From the NCBI GenBank assembly GCA_965637545.1, contig OZ281499.1:6076001-6140000 (forward strand): a DNA stretch of 64,000 bases, in the 5' to 3' direction. Positions within the stretch are counted from its first letter, which is position 1; the number at the start of each line of letters is the position of its first letter. Origin of the DNA: Phallusia mammillata (taxonomy: Eukaryota). Below the pieces are notes generated by a model. It saw nothing but the letters and a program-made list of their open reading frames with translations. It searched no databases and was not told where the DNA came from. The translations under genes were made by a program, and so were the position numbers. This document shows, one piece after another, positions 1 through 10,400 of the stretch.

Positions 1-330
1 CAATCTCAACGAAGCAAGAGTGCGGGTAAGTTTAAAAATTACATTTGATTTCCAAATGCTTTGTTTGAACTTGCAACTCAAAAATTTCTACTTCTATGAA
101 ACAATTCCTACCAAGCAAAAATTGGTCAAAAATGTAAACACCAACGACTTAAAATTTAAAATTCCGACATGTTTGTTTGTTGCCTCATCGTCCCACAGCT
201 CGACTTAATCGTGTCACGCCTGTGATAACGGCGAGTGGCTACGTCACAACCCCAACACGTCACAGGTGTTGCGCAGCGACGACGAGCGGTTAGCTGGCGT
301 GTTTATTTATAAACGATTGCTACTTGGCTC

Positions 331-344
331 GGCGCCAATACACA
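331..344 (+). promoter_or_regulatory. FoxH1-type site AATACACA (337-344) abutting GGCGCC in the last Pitx intron; candidate Nodal-responsive left-side enhancer
   Basis: Motif seen directly inside a CpG-rich island (~210-480) that also has CAGAC (420-424) and several ACGTCA/GCGTCA half-sites. Function inferred from the FoxH1-dependent intronic ASE of Pitx2. Confidence 0.45.
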
Positions 345-776
345 TCGTAGTCGCGCGGCCTGTCCAGAGGGTCAAGATGTCCACTAACGACAGCCCACGC
401 GAACTTGTGACCTCAGGCACAGACTGCTGCGTCACGTGGCGTTGGATCGATGAATTTGGTTGCCCATGAAATAGGGTCCGTCGACCTTAGCTGTTTAACG
501 ACCTTGCAAACGCACGTTAACCAATAAGTTGTTTGCGACGAATTGCACTTTTCTTTATTCATACGTAGTTAATTTTCAGTGACACATAAAAAATTGACAA
601 TATTTTCAGTCAAAAATATATATTCTTTTACCTTGCCATTCCAAATCGTAAAAAAATCGTAAAAAATAGGCAAGTTAGACCATAAAGGATGACCTTTCAA
701 GTGTTACAACGAATAGTTAGTTTGTAAAATACTTTTTCTTACTTCTGACTCTGACGCTTTGCATCTGTTTCTGCAG

Positions 777-1274
777 GTTTGGTTCAAAAACCGACGGGCA
801 AAATGGCGCAAGCGCGAACGAAACCAACTCAACGATTTCAAGGGTTTTGGTCAGTTCAACACCTTTATATCGCCATACGACAGCGATTCACTGTACCACG
901 GGTACAACTGGGCGAGCAAAATGACTGCAGCTGGCGGGACCCTGGGTGGCAAAACCTTTCCATGGGGTCTCAACTCACATATTAACCCTTTAACGACCCA
1001 AGCTCTGGGGTTCCATAACCCTAGCCCCATGGCAACCAGCATCGCAGCAAATTCAGTGATGCCCAATATGAACATGGGTAACGGACTGACTGGATTGGGC
1101 GCAGCGGGCTCTACAAATGCCAACCCCGCATGCCACTACAACCCAGGTGTTTCCCCGTATATGTATCGAAACGGCACAGATCCATGTTCGTCATCAATTA
1201 CGTCACTGCGCATGAAGGCCAAGCAGCATTCGACACCCTACTTTGGCTATCCGTCGTGCGAGTACGCGCCATAA
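777..1274 (+). CDS. Pitx: Pituitary homeobox (Pitx) transcription factor, last coding exon
   Basis: Acceptor ttgcatctgtttctgcag (AG 775-776), then VWFKNRRAKWRKRERNQ (end of a paired-class homeodomain plus the Pitx RERNQ extension). C-terminal OAR-like DPCSSSITSLRMKAKQHS; stop TAA 1272-1274. The intron position Q|VWF is the conserved Pitx one. Confidence 0.97.
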   Translation, partial: VWFKNRRAKWRKRERNQLNDFKGFGQFNTFISPYDSDSLYHGYNWASKMTAAGGTLGGKTFPWGLNSHINPLTTQALGFHNPSPMATSIAANSVMPNMNMGNGLTGLGAAGSTNANPACHYNPGVSPYMYRNGTDPCSSSITSLRMKAKQHSTPYFGYPSCEYAP

Positions 1275-2194
1275 CTTTCTGGTGTCATATGTGAAGAGAA
1301 ACGATGTAGTGTGTGTAACGTATGTCCCTCGTCGTTGTCGTTTCTTGTTTTTTAGCTTTTACAAAAAGACGAAAAATTATTTAAGCGCCATCGCTCGCTG
1401 CGTCCGGCCATTTTTCCTATTCCCTTGCCCACAACTTGTGTGGCATTGGGCGGAAATTTGGCCGACGCGCGTCCATTCATAAAAAAGACGACATCGGCCG
1501 CCGAGTGAAGCAAGGTGATGACGTGGTGACAATCGCGTTGTAAGTTCCAAATCGCGTCACCACAAAGCGCGCCCTTCATCTCTAGAACAATATATTTTCT
1601 ACATAGCGTTTTGTTACTTCGAAGCTGAACAAAACCGTCAACAAACGACGACGATATGCAGTTTCCCCCCGTTGATGTTCCTTTAAAAGCGTCGTCGTAT
1701 TCATTTTTGCCCGTCGTGTAGCTGTGTACATAATACGCGAAGTGTAAGAGCCCGCGCATTTTTTACCCAGAGAAGCAGCCTGACCGATATATATTGTTGT
1801 ATCCTTATATTACTTTGCATTGCTGCAGCGCGTCTGGTATTATTTTTATCGGATCGGGTTATGAGTGTTGGCGTTGTCTATGCGCGTAAATCGCCGCATC
1901 GCCCGTTCGAACAGTTGACGATCTTATCGAATTTTTACCAGGCCGTACTGCTCCCCGCTAGCGCCTGAAACTCGTACACATTTATCGCACAAACCGCAAA
2001 TCCCTATCTCCATTTGAACATTTACCGTTGTTGTATTTATTTGCCCACGGACAAATCTTAAATCATGTTTTCAAATTCTCAAGTTTCAGTTTGTTTGACT
2101 CATATATGTTTGTTGCGAACACTGTTTTGGGTGAAATCTCATATGTGACTCTTCTTTTGGAGTGGGCAGGAACTTCAAAGTGACGGTATTTGTC

Positions 2195-2218
2195 TGACGT
2201 CATTACCCATTGACGTCA
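2195..2218. promoter_or_regulatory. Tandem perfect CRE palindromes (TGACGTCA x2)
   Basis: TGACGTCA at 2195-2202 and 2211-2218, about 85 nt upstream of the exon-like segment at 2303. Confidence 0.55.
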
Positions 2219-2273
2219 CTATTGCATGTCATCTCGAGTTTGATTTGAATTTGTGTTTTGCGCCGCGAAGACG

Positions 2274-2279
2274 AATAAA
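2274..2279 (+). terminator. Candidate Pitx polyadenylation signal
   Basis: AATAAA about 1 kb after the Pitx stop, followed by a GT/T-rich tract (ttgtttgtttagtgtttt). Confidence 0.4.
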
Positions 2280-2302
2280 CGCAATTTAACTTGTTTGTTT
2301 AG

Positions 2303-2368
2303 TGTTTTACAAAAATGGGATTACTTTTTCGGATAATAGGACTTTTTATAGACTTCGATAACAATAAT
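2303..2368 (+). other. Candidate 5' exon of the distal gene X isoform, carrying a uORF start
   Basis: Branch-like tttaac (2285-2290), acceptor ttgtttgtttag, ATG 2315, donor gtaagt 2369. A 120-nt GT-AG intron to 2489 gives a 29-aa uORF, MGLLFRIIGLFIDFDNNNSRWTSSGANSL*. Confidence 0.5.
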
Positions 2369-2626
2369 GTAAGTACCATTTTTTTCGAACTGTTTTGCAC
2401 ATTTTAGCGTTCCCACCCTGTGAAACAACAGCGAATTTTGTTTCGTTTCCGGTCCTTGCTCCCTTTCCGACCTGAAATAACACTTCAGTCTCGATGGACT
2501 AGCTCTGGTGCGAACAGTTTGTAATCAAACAGCCGTCGATTATAAACAAACGTTGAAAAACAAGGAAAACGGGTCCCCAGGGCTGGGTGCCGTGGTGTAC
2601 TGGGAACTGGCGCACGCCTTGGTTTG

Positions 2627-2762
2627 ATGCCTTCGCTGGCTGTTGCACATTCAACTGTTTCGGAGAGCGATATTGAAAAGTACCAAAACAGCAGCGAGTG
2701 TTTAACGGATTGCAACGATGTTTTAAAGAAAAGTGGACAAAAAGTTAAAAAAGATAAGACAG
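2627..2762 (+). CDS. Candidate first coding exon of the distal gene X isoform (MPSLAVAHSTVSESDIEKY...KKDKT)
   Basis: Exon 2489-2762, ATG 2627, ends phase 1 at ag|gtttaa (weak donor). The phase fits exon 7360. Confidence 0.45.
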
Positions 2763-5700
2763 GTTTAAAAAGGCGAACATTTTGTAGGCGTGTACCTACG
2801 AGAAGCTGTAGCATAAGTTTTCAGTCTTAGTGACGAATTTAAAATTTTTAGTCAGTTAAGATGGCCAAAAAAAGGAATTATTAAAATCCGTCAAAGCATC
2901 ACGGTATCGCGCCCATCTTTATTTTCCAACCGTGTCTGTAAACGCGCACGCCGCGGCGGCGATATCTGACGCGTAAATAAACGACGTTTAGTGAGTTGTC
3001 AATAGCCCGGTCGGAATACACAAACGCGTCTGACTGTTACGACATAACGGGCACGCGTGGCTGTGGGACAGTGGCGCGCATTTAATTTCATTACCGCTAT
3101 TTTGGCATTGACGAATGCATGGAGCGCGAAGGAGCAATAAATTATCGCTGCCTAACGACTTCCAATCAACATCTGCTATAATCGAATCATTTAGAGCGAG
3201 TCAATCGAAACCGTTTGATGGCGAAGTTTTGTAAAAAATGCCCTCATGACTTATGACTGCACGAAAACATGCAACAAGGTATGTACCTAAAGTGCCACAA
3301 TTATAACAAGTTGACTATTCTGAAAACATACAGTTTAATGTTTTTGTTTAAATAGCCTATAGAACCATAAAGTATAAAAGCCATGCCGCGAACGATTGAA
3401 AAGAATTCGAGATGATAAACAAAAAGTGTCACCGCATAATCTTCTGATAGAAATGAAGAAATTAGCCTCTACAACAAAAGCTGCCCAGGTTTAAAAAAAA
3501 TACTTAAACACGCGTACATAAATTTTCCGCTTGTTTTCACGCAAGGTCATATTTACAAGAAACTATACCAAAACAGATTGCTCTTTAATATATTGACGAT
3601 TAGTTGCAAACCATAAAGCGAAAATTTCACCAAATTGGGAAAACGAATTCTTTTGTAAACGCATTTACTGCAAATATACCAAACAATAATTACATGAGGT
3701 GATCACAATACAATTGTTTATAAACCGCCTATTATTTTATTCTCTTTCATGCAAACGCCGCCCACAGTCCAGCACGGCACTTGTTATCTCCTGAAGCTAG
3801 CATTCAACTAAAACCCAAAATCGGCTTGTGGTTAAAGCCAAATCTAGTCAGTCATTCTAGCCCATATTCCGGATTAAAATAACCTAAAGTCTGATGCTAG
3901 GCTATATCACGATTAGATCGTACCTTCTGCAGTGTATGGCTTTTGTTAACGGAAATTTTACGGCGTTTTAGATAATTTCCGTGTTGTTTTGTGGGTAGCC
4001 ATATCTCAAAGACTAGCAGCTCACAGTAATACAGCCTAGTTTTAAGTTACCAACTGGCCTACCAAGCTAAGTTAGCCTGGAGCAGTTTAAACACAAATTA
4101 TACATTAGTAAAAAAATATCTGCCACAAACTGACAAATAGATTAAAGCTAAACATACTGATAAATCGAGACTGCTGTAACTGTAATGACAAGAACAAATG
4201 TTATGACCAGAAATTAACATTGTAAAAACAATAATTTGTGATGTCACAAACAAAATGGCGCTCTTTATTGGCAGTTTCGCTTGGCTAGTTCTTTGTTGAG
4301 GGTGGATACGAGGTGAACAGGCTATCAGGCGGCTGTCTTCTCCAATTGAAACGCCAATTTAGAAAAATTGTCTTCAACTGCGGTAAATGTGTTATTTGTT
4401 AAACTGTGCGGTAACAGGTACGACATCTGTAAAAAAGAAAGTCAGCTTATGGTTTAGTTATAAAAATTTGACCTTATAAAGTGTGTTTAAATAACAATAG
4501 GTTGATTTTATTGGTTATTTTTCGTTGAAAAAAGATACAGCCATGATTTTGCTTGTAGATTTGGTTAGTTTGATGAGTTACATGAAATAAATGTGACAAG
4601 TTGTTTACGTCCGAGTTAGCCGTTATTAGGTTGAAAAAGCAGCCCTTAATTAAGGCCAGACCCTGATTTCAACATCACCTTGGGGTAAAATTTATTGGTC
4701 TTACAAAACATAGGCTCTATACAATCAATATAAACAGGTCTGTTGGTGATGAGTTCATGCAGTGGTAAAACAATTAGTTCAGGCTTGTCAACTGAGCCCG
4801 CCGCATTTGTGTATTAGACTGCCTTGCTGTAGAAACATGTGGGTTAAACTGAGCTGGTGTACGCATCGTCGGCACGTCCTATTGACATTTTCTCTTATCA
4901 GAGCACAAGCTTGCTCATACAGTGGATTTTTGACAGGTTTGCAGTGCAGTGTGACTGTGTAACAGGTTATATTCACTTCTTCGTCAAATATTAGCAGTAA
5001 ATATTGATTTTGAAAGTTGTTTTGTCGGTTTTTAGGTTACTCGAACCTTAACAGGTGCCTAAACAGGTGCGTGTGAAGATAAGAATGTGTTGGCTATTGC
5101 TTGATTTTGCAGTGTATCTGTAATATCATTGTTACTTATATTTCAAATGTTGTTTTCAGCAAAAATATTTCCTCTGGTGATCAGAACGTTAAATTTTGTG
5201 GATCTGTATTTTGCAATCGTCTCAAAGAAAACTTGGATTTATACGGATTTAAATCAGCTGTCCACACGACTACTGAAGATAACTGCACAAATCATCAAAG
5301 GTATATTTGAAATTATATTGTTGTTTACCGAATTTATTTTTTTCCAGTGTTTTATTAGTGTTAAACCTATGCTTTGATGTCAAAACCACTATATTTCACA
5401 GAAAAATATTTTTACCAAATAGATAAGACAAACTTATTATAGCTTATTTACAGTTTATATCTCTTTTTATATTTTAAACATACAATTTGTGCATAAGAGG
5501 GTATTTGAAGGTCTATTGAAAGTGGTAAATAGCAGCATTCAACAAACAGCAATTTTGTGTGTTAACTCGTTTTTTCCTCAGTTTAATCACAGTTTAGAAA
5601 ATTTTAAATGTAAAGAAAATCGTAAAGGGAAAAGTAACTTGGGTCCATTTAATTTGTTATGCGTAAGTAAAAAGATTACCACATGTGATGGAATGTAGTT

Positions 5701-7359
5701 TTACTACGTAGTAGTTTGACCTTTAATAGGTACATTTTACGCTTTTACCCGTTTTCCAAACCTAATAACCCATATTCCACTAAAAGCAACGGGGTTCATT
5801 TAGCTGAGTTTTAACAGTACCGTGGGCTTAAACTGGGCCACGGAATAGTCCTCAAGTTAATCCCCTTGGCGTCGTTACGATATCACCACCAATGCCGCGT
5901 CGTACGTCCAGCACTCGGCGCTGAGTTCGTTTATTTGTACAACACCGTGAGGCTGCTGCCGACATATAGCTTGGTTGGTGTAGAAATCAGTGACCCAACA
6001 TATAGATAAACCTGTTTGAGAACATATCTTTTTTGGTCTTCTGTTTTGTATGATTGAAACTGTTGGCAAACATGTGTCTTGTATAAATTACGGAAGTTGC
6101 TGATTTTATTTTTAAATTCTAGTTTAATTTCGAAGCCTGAAACAAAACCGTTTTTTCGTTGGTATCTGCACCAAAGCGGCAACTATTGTCGTTGGACGTT
6201 ATGATCGGTCAGCTCTCATTTACGATAATTATTTGTCATATCCTGGTAATCAAGGGTTATTTCCTGCTTAGTTTAAATGTAATTTAATTAAGTTTGTAGG
6301 TTTATTACTAAATTTTTACTCGATTAACTTTAGGTAATGCGAATTAAATGTTTCCTATTAGAGCTAAGCTTGTATAATGAAAATAAAAATAATCGTTTCA
6401 CAATTAAAGCAGATTTACCCAGGAGATTGTAGGATCAGAAATGATTTGAGAAATTGTCATATCTTCGTTTCCTGGCAACAAAGCGGTTCAAAATCGCTGA
6501 AATTTTGTAATAAACCTAAGATACAACTTAAATTGCTCACAAATTTACTTTGAAACTTATAGTTAACGAAAACTATTCGCTTGTGTCATTTGAACTTTAT
6601 GAACGATTTTTTTTTGACTTGAAGCCTAAACCAACAATTTTAGTGGCAATAAATTACGGATTTTGAAGAATAAGTTCGCACTAAAAATGTAAATCCTGTC
6701 CAAAGCAGAACGACTTGGCCAGCTGATCGCCTAATGTGCGGTTTTCAAGGACTCATAAAGTCCTAAATCCATGCCACACTTCCGAATTTAACATGTGCCC
6801 CTGCTGTGAGGCTAAGCTAGCAAGACAATTCTTTACTTAACATCCGGATCCATTGTCTCGCCTGCTAGGTGGTGCACAGCGTGAGTCAGATTGTGATGTC
6901 ACAAGCTGGACTGTTGCCTCATAATCCCAGCATATGTCATAAAGTTAATGGAGCTTAGGTGGGCTTAACGAGCACTGTTCAACGGTCTGCAGTTCTTTGG
7001 GAAATGTCCCTGTGACATATGCCCAATTGTGAACAACCTGGATTGTGACTAATGGTTGTTTCCATGAAAAAGTTTTACATTTAAGCTAAAAATTTTGACG
7101 AGAATTTTTGCCAAATCTTTACAAATGATAAAATGTGACAATGATAAAATGATGTAATACGTTGGGTTCAAATAAAATCTTGTATTATTGTACAAACTGA
7201 CTTCTAATTTTTTGCCTGATACTCATAAACTTCCTGTTTGCTCAACCGGTAAATATATAAACAAATCATGCTGACCGTTATTTATTTAGCGTTTTAATGC
7301 TGACCGTTTTTACATGTGAGCAAAACCAACTTATTAATGACATGTGATGTTTGTTTTAG

Positions 7360-7446
7360 TCAGCTTGGACAAGCGTTGTACCAAAGAAAGAAGAAAGGAT
7401 TTCCTGGAACAACTGTTAAAGCACGTAAAAGCGACCAGCATGGAAG
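7360..7446 (+). CDS. Candidate coding exon (V)SLDKRCTKERRKDFLEQLLKHVKATSME
   Basis: Acceptor tttgttttag, donor ag|gtatgt, 87 nt, phase 1-1, open frame. Joins in frame to exon 45385. Confidence 0.6.
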
Positions 7447-10400
7447 GTATGTAGCCCTGTGGTAAAATCATATCTGTTGATTTTGAAAAACAAACGTTTT
7501 ACAGTCCTGGTTTAGAATTCTTTGAAATGACATTTAAAGCAAAGTGTATGATTAGAAATTGAAAATATATTGAAAGGGATTCTTTTGAATTGCACTATTT
7601 GGATTTTTACGGTATGCAAAATGACCTTATGCAGAAATCAACAGTTCGTTTTCCTTGTCTGAGTACAGGAAAAGCTAGTCAACTCTTGTTGAACGCCTAG
7701 GTTGCGTTGGCCTGTCCCCGCGCCAAAACCACGCAGACGGAACGAGTGTGATTCTAACAAAAGAATAGAGAAAAGAGAAATTCAGCACCGCATAGCGTTT
7801 AGGTCGTTCGTTTACGCAAAATTGCCAAGCTTGGTAGCTCAGGGGCCAGCGGTTAACTCAGCGCGTGTGGGACAAAATCCGTTTCGAATCAAGTCTGCGT
7901 GATTATTTCCACGCGCAGTAAGACGGGCATATGTCATTCAGTGAGAGTGCCATAAGAAGAACGCGGATTTAGGGAATTACGTGCCGAGAAATTTCACCGA
8001 TGTTCACTGGCTTTAAGCGTAATCCCGTAATGCCTTAATGGACGGTTTGTTTTATTCGAAGGGAATTCCCCGGTAATTCTGTGACGTACTAATTACCTGT
8101 GCGGGGTTAAAATTAATCTGCTGTGCAAATCGCTCTGTTGTGCATTTGCCATTTGTGTTAAATTATGCCCATTAGTGATCAAAGGCCTGCGGATCCTTTG
8201 ATGGTCCAAATTGATTTGAAATATTTTTGTTCCTGTCATTTTACTTTCTAAATTTAGAAATTTGATGTTGTCCCAAAAGTTGCAAAAAGATTATTTTGTT
8301 TAAAGCGATTCAGAAAAATTTAATGCAACTATTTTGTATGCGGCTTACGTTTTTTTTTCGCCAAGATGGTTTGCAAATTGCAAACACAAAATATTGTTTC
8401 CAAATTAAGTTTGATTTGATTTTGTTGTTTCTGTCGTTTTTTGTAACCTGAGATGTTGTTTAAGTTAAAATCGCTAAAATGGCAAAAAATAACGGAAGGA
8501 AGTGTATATGCAACGTTTTGTGGCCTAAGCTGGTTAATTCTCGATAGGATCGTTTAAAAATTGCTAGCTCAAAATGTTGTTTTAATAGTATATGTTTTGA
8601 TGGTATATATTATAAACACTTCTATTTCATATTTGATAAAGTGAGACTGAAAACATTTTATGATTCATTGTTGTCAACTTTCAAAAAGGCAAAAAATATA
8701 GTTGTGGCTTCTTTAAATATTACCAAACATGAGACAAAATGTTATTATTTAACCAGACATAAGACAAAATGTTAATATTTGACCAAACATAAGACAAAAT
8801 ATCCTATGAATAGTCATCTTACGCCTTGTGAACTCACGGAATCTTTATCTGCCAAACAAGCTGAGTCTTTCAAGGTATTTCCAGCAGCCGCATGGGCGCG
8901 TTTCGCGGTTTAAAATCTGCTGGTAATTTGAACGATAAGAAAATTTGTCGGCATCCAATTTTCTTGCCTGTCCACCAGAGAAAATTCGATACCTGGCATT
9001 TCTTACGGCAACAAACGTGATTTGACTTGACAACGGGATTAGGTCCCCTTTCGTCAAATAATTTCCCAGCACTGGTGGTCTGTGTTTTACAGAATGATAC
9101 GCTTAATGACTTCGTGCTGAGTAAGATTTTTGGTTTCAAAACATTGGTGTTTGTACCAAAACATAAATTTTCATGGCTCATTACCAAACAGTACGTTAAT
9201 TAAATGGCGAATTGCCAATATCTGCTTGGGCTAAAAAAATGTTTTTTTCAAAACCTTTCAGTGTTGTACACTTAAAAGCATTTTGGATTGGTAAAATAGG
9301 GTGCAAAGAGTTTCTGTTAATATGATGAAAAAGTAGTCTATTTTAAAATGTCTGAACTCGATTTTGATTATGGAATAAAAAACAACAACAGAAAAGCATA
9401 ACCTGGATTCAAAACACCAAAATTACATGTGTGCTATCAAAAACACTAACAATGGTTAAGGTATATATTGACACAGTTAGAAATATGGGTTTAACTCTGC
9501 ACAACACAAGGTTCATTAGGCAAGTTCAGAAAATCGAAAGTGGTTGAAAATCAATACCAGCAGTTTGCGAGCCAAGTTTAATCAATCTACCACAGTATAG
9601 CTGTGTTCTCTCTTTAAGACTAGATCAAAAATTCCAACCTAAAACTTTTGCGTTTCTTGCTTTTTGGTTGTGGTGACCCAGAACGAGGGCTATAAGCCGT
9701 GTTATCTTAACGGTGCCCATGGTGAACAAGTTTAGGGTCAACGAATAAACACGGCGTCCACAGCGCGTATATTGTATTACTCTTCTTGTGCTCTGCTGTA
9801 ATACAATTACCGGATTAGGCTGGAAGCGAAGACGGTTGGGTAAAAAATTCTTGTTTCGGCGGATACTTTGGTAAAAGTGGGCTTAACAAAATGAATTGAG
9901 CTTCTTTGACCCGTGGGTTAAGGCGATTTTGCTTTAAAGCAGCTGAACAACCATTTTCGTGCTGTATTTGACCTTGCTCGTTAAGGTCTAACCACGTTTT
10001 CAATTGAAACAAATTAAAGCCCGAGAGGAAAGATAAATTGCGGGTTAATAAGGGTACACCAAAACAAAGCGTCATTTCTGATGTAAAATACAAACTTTTA
10101 TTTTGTTTTCCAACCAAATGTTTCAGCCAAATTCCAACTACTATAAGAGTGATTTGATGGCACGCTACTATTGTTTTACGTTGAATTTATTTTGTGCTGA
10201 TTTCAGCATTTTTTACAAAACTAATATTTTGATTATTTTTTTTCTCCATTTTTTTAACTTTTTGACTTGACTTGCAATCTTAACAAGTTTTCAAAGTTAG
10301 CAATATATAAAAAGTACATAAACCATTTTAAAACCCACAAAATTATCGTATAAAAAAATCAATCTGTCAAAATGTTTGAAGAAGGCTTTTGAAATACAAA

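Noticed and set aside
5931-6182. Minus-strand ORF with VYLYVGS...KLYVGSS resembling a GIY-YIG motif
   Set aside because: Arises from a local acatatag duplication; no other nuclease or RT similarity.
8725-8800. Short tandem repeats (30-bp unit here, 20-bp unit at 15161-15198, CA run at 24121-24136)
   Set aside because: Ordinary slippage repeats with no sign of function.
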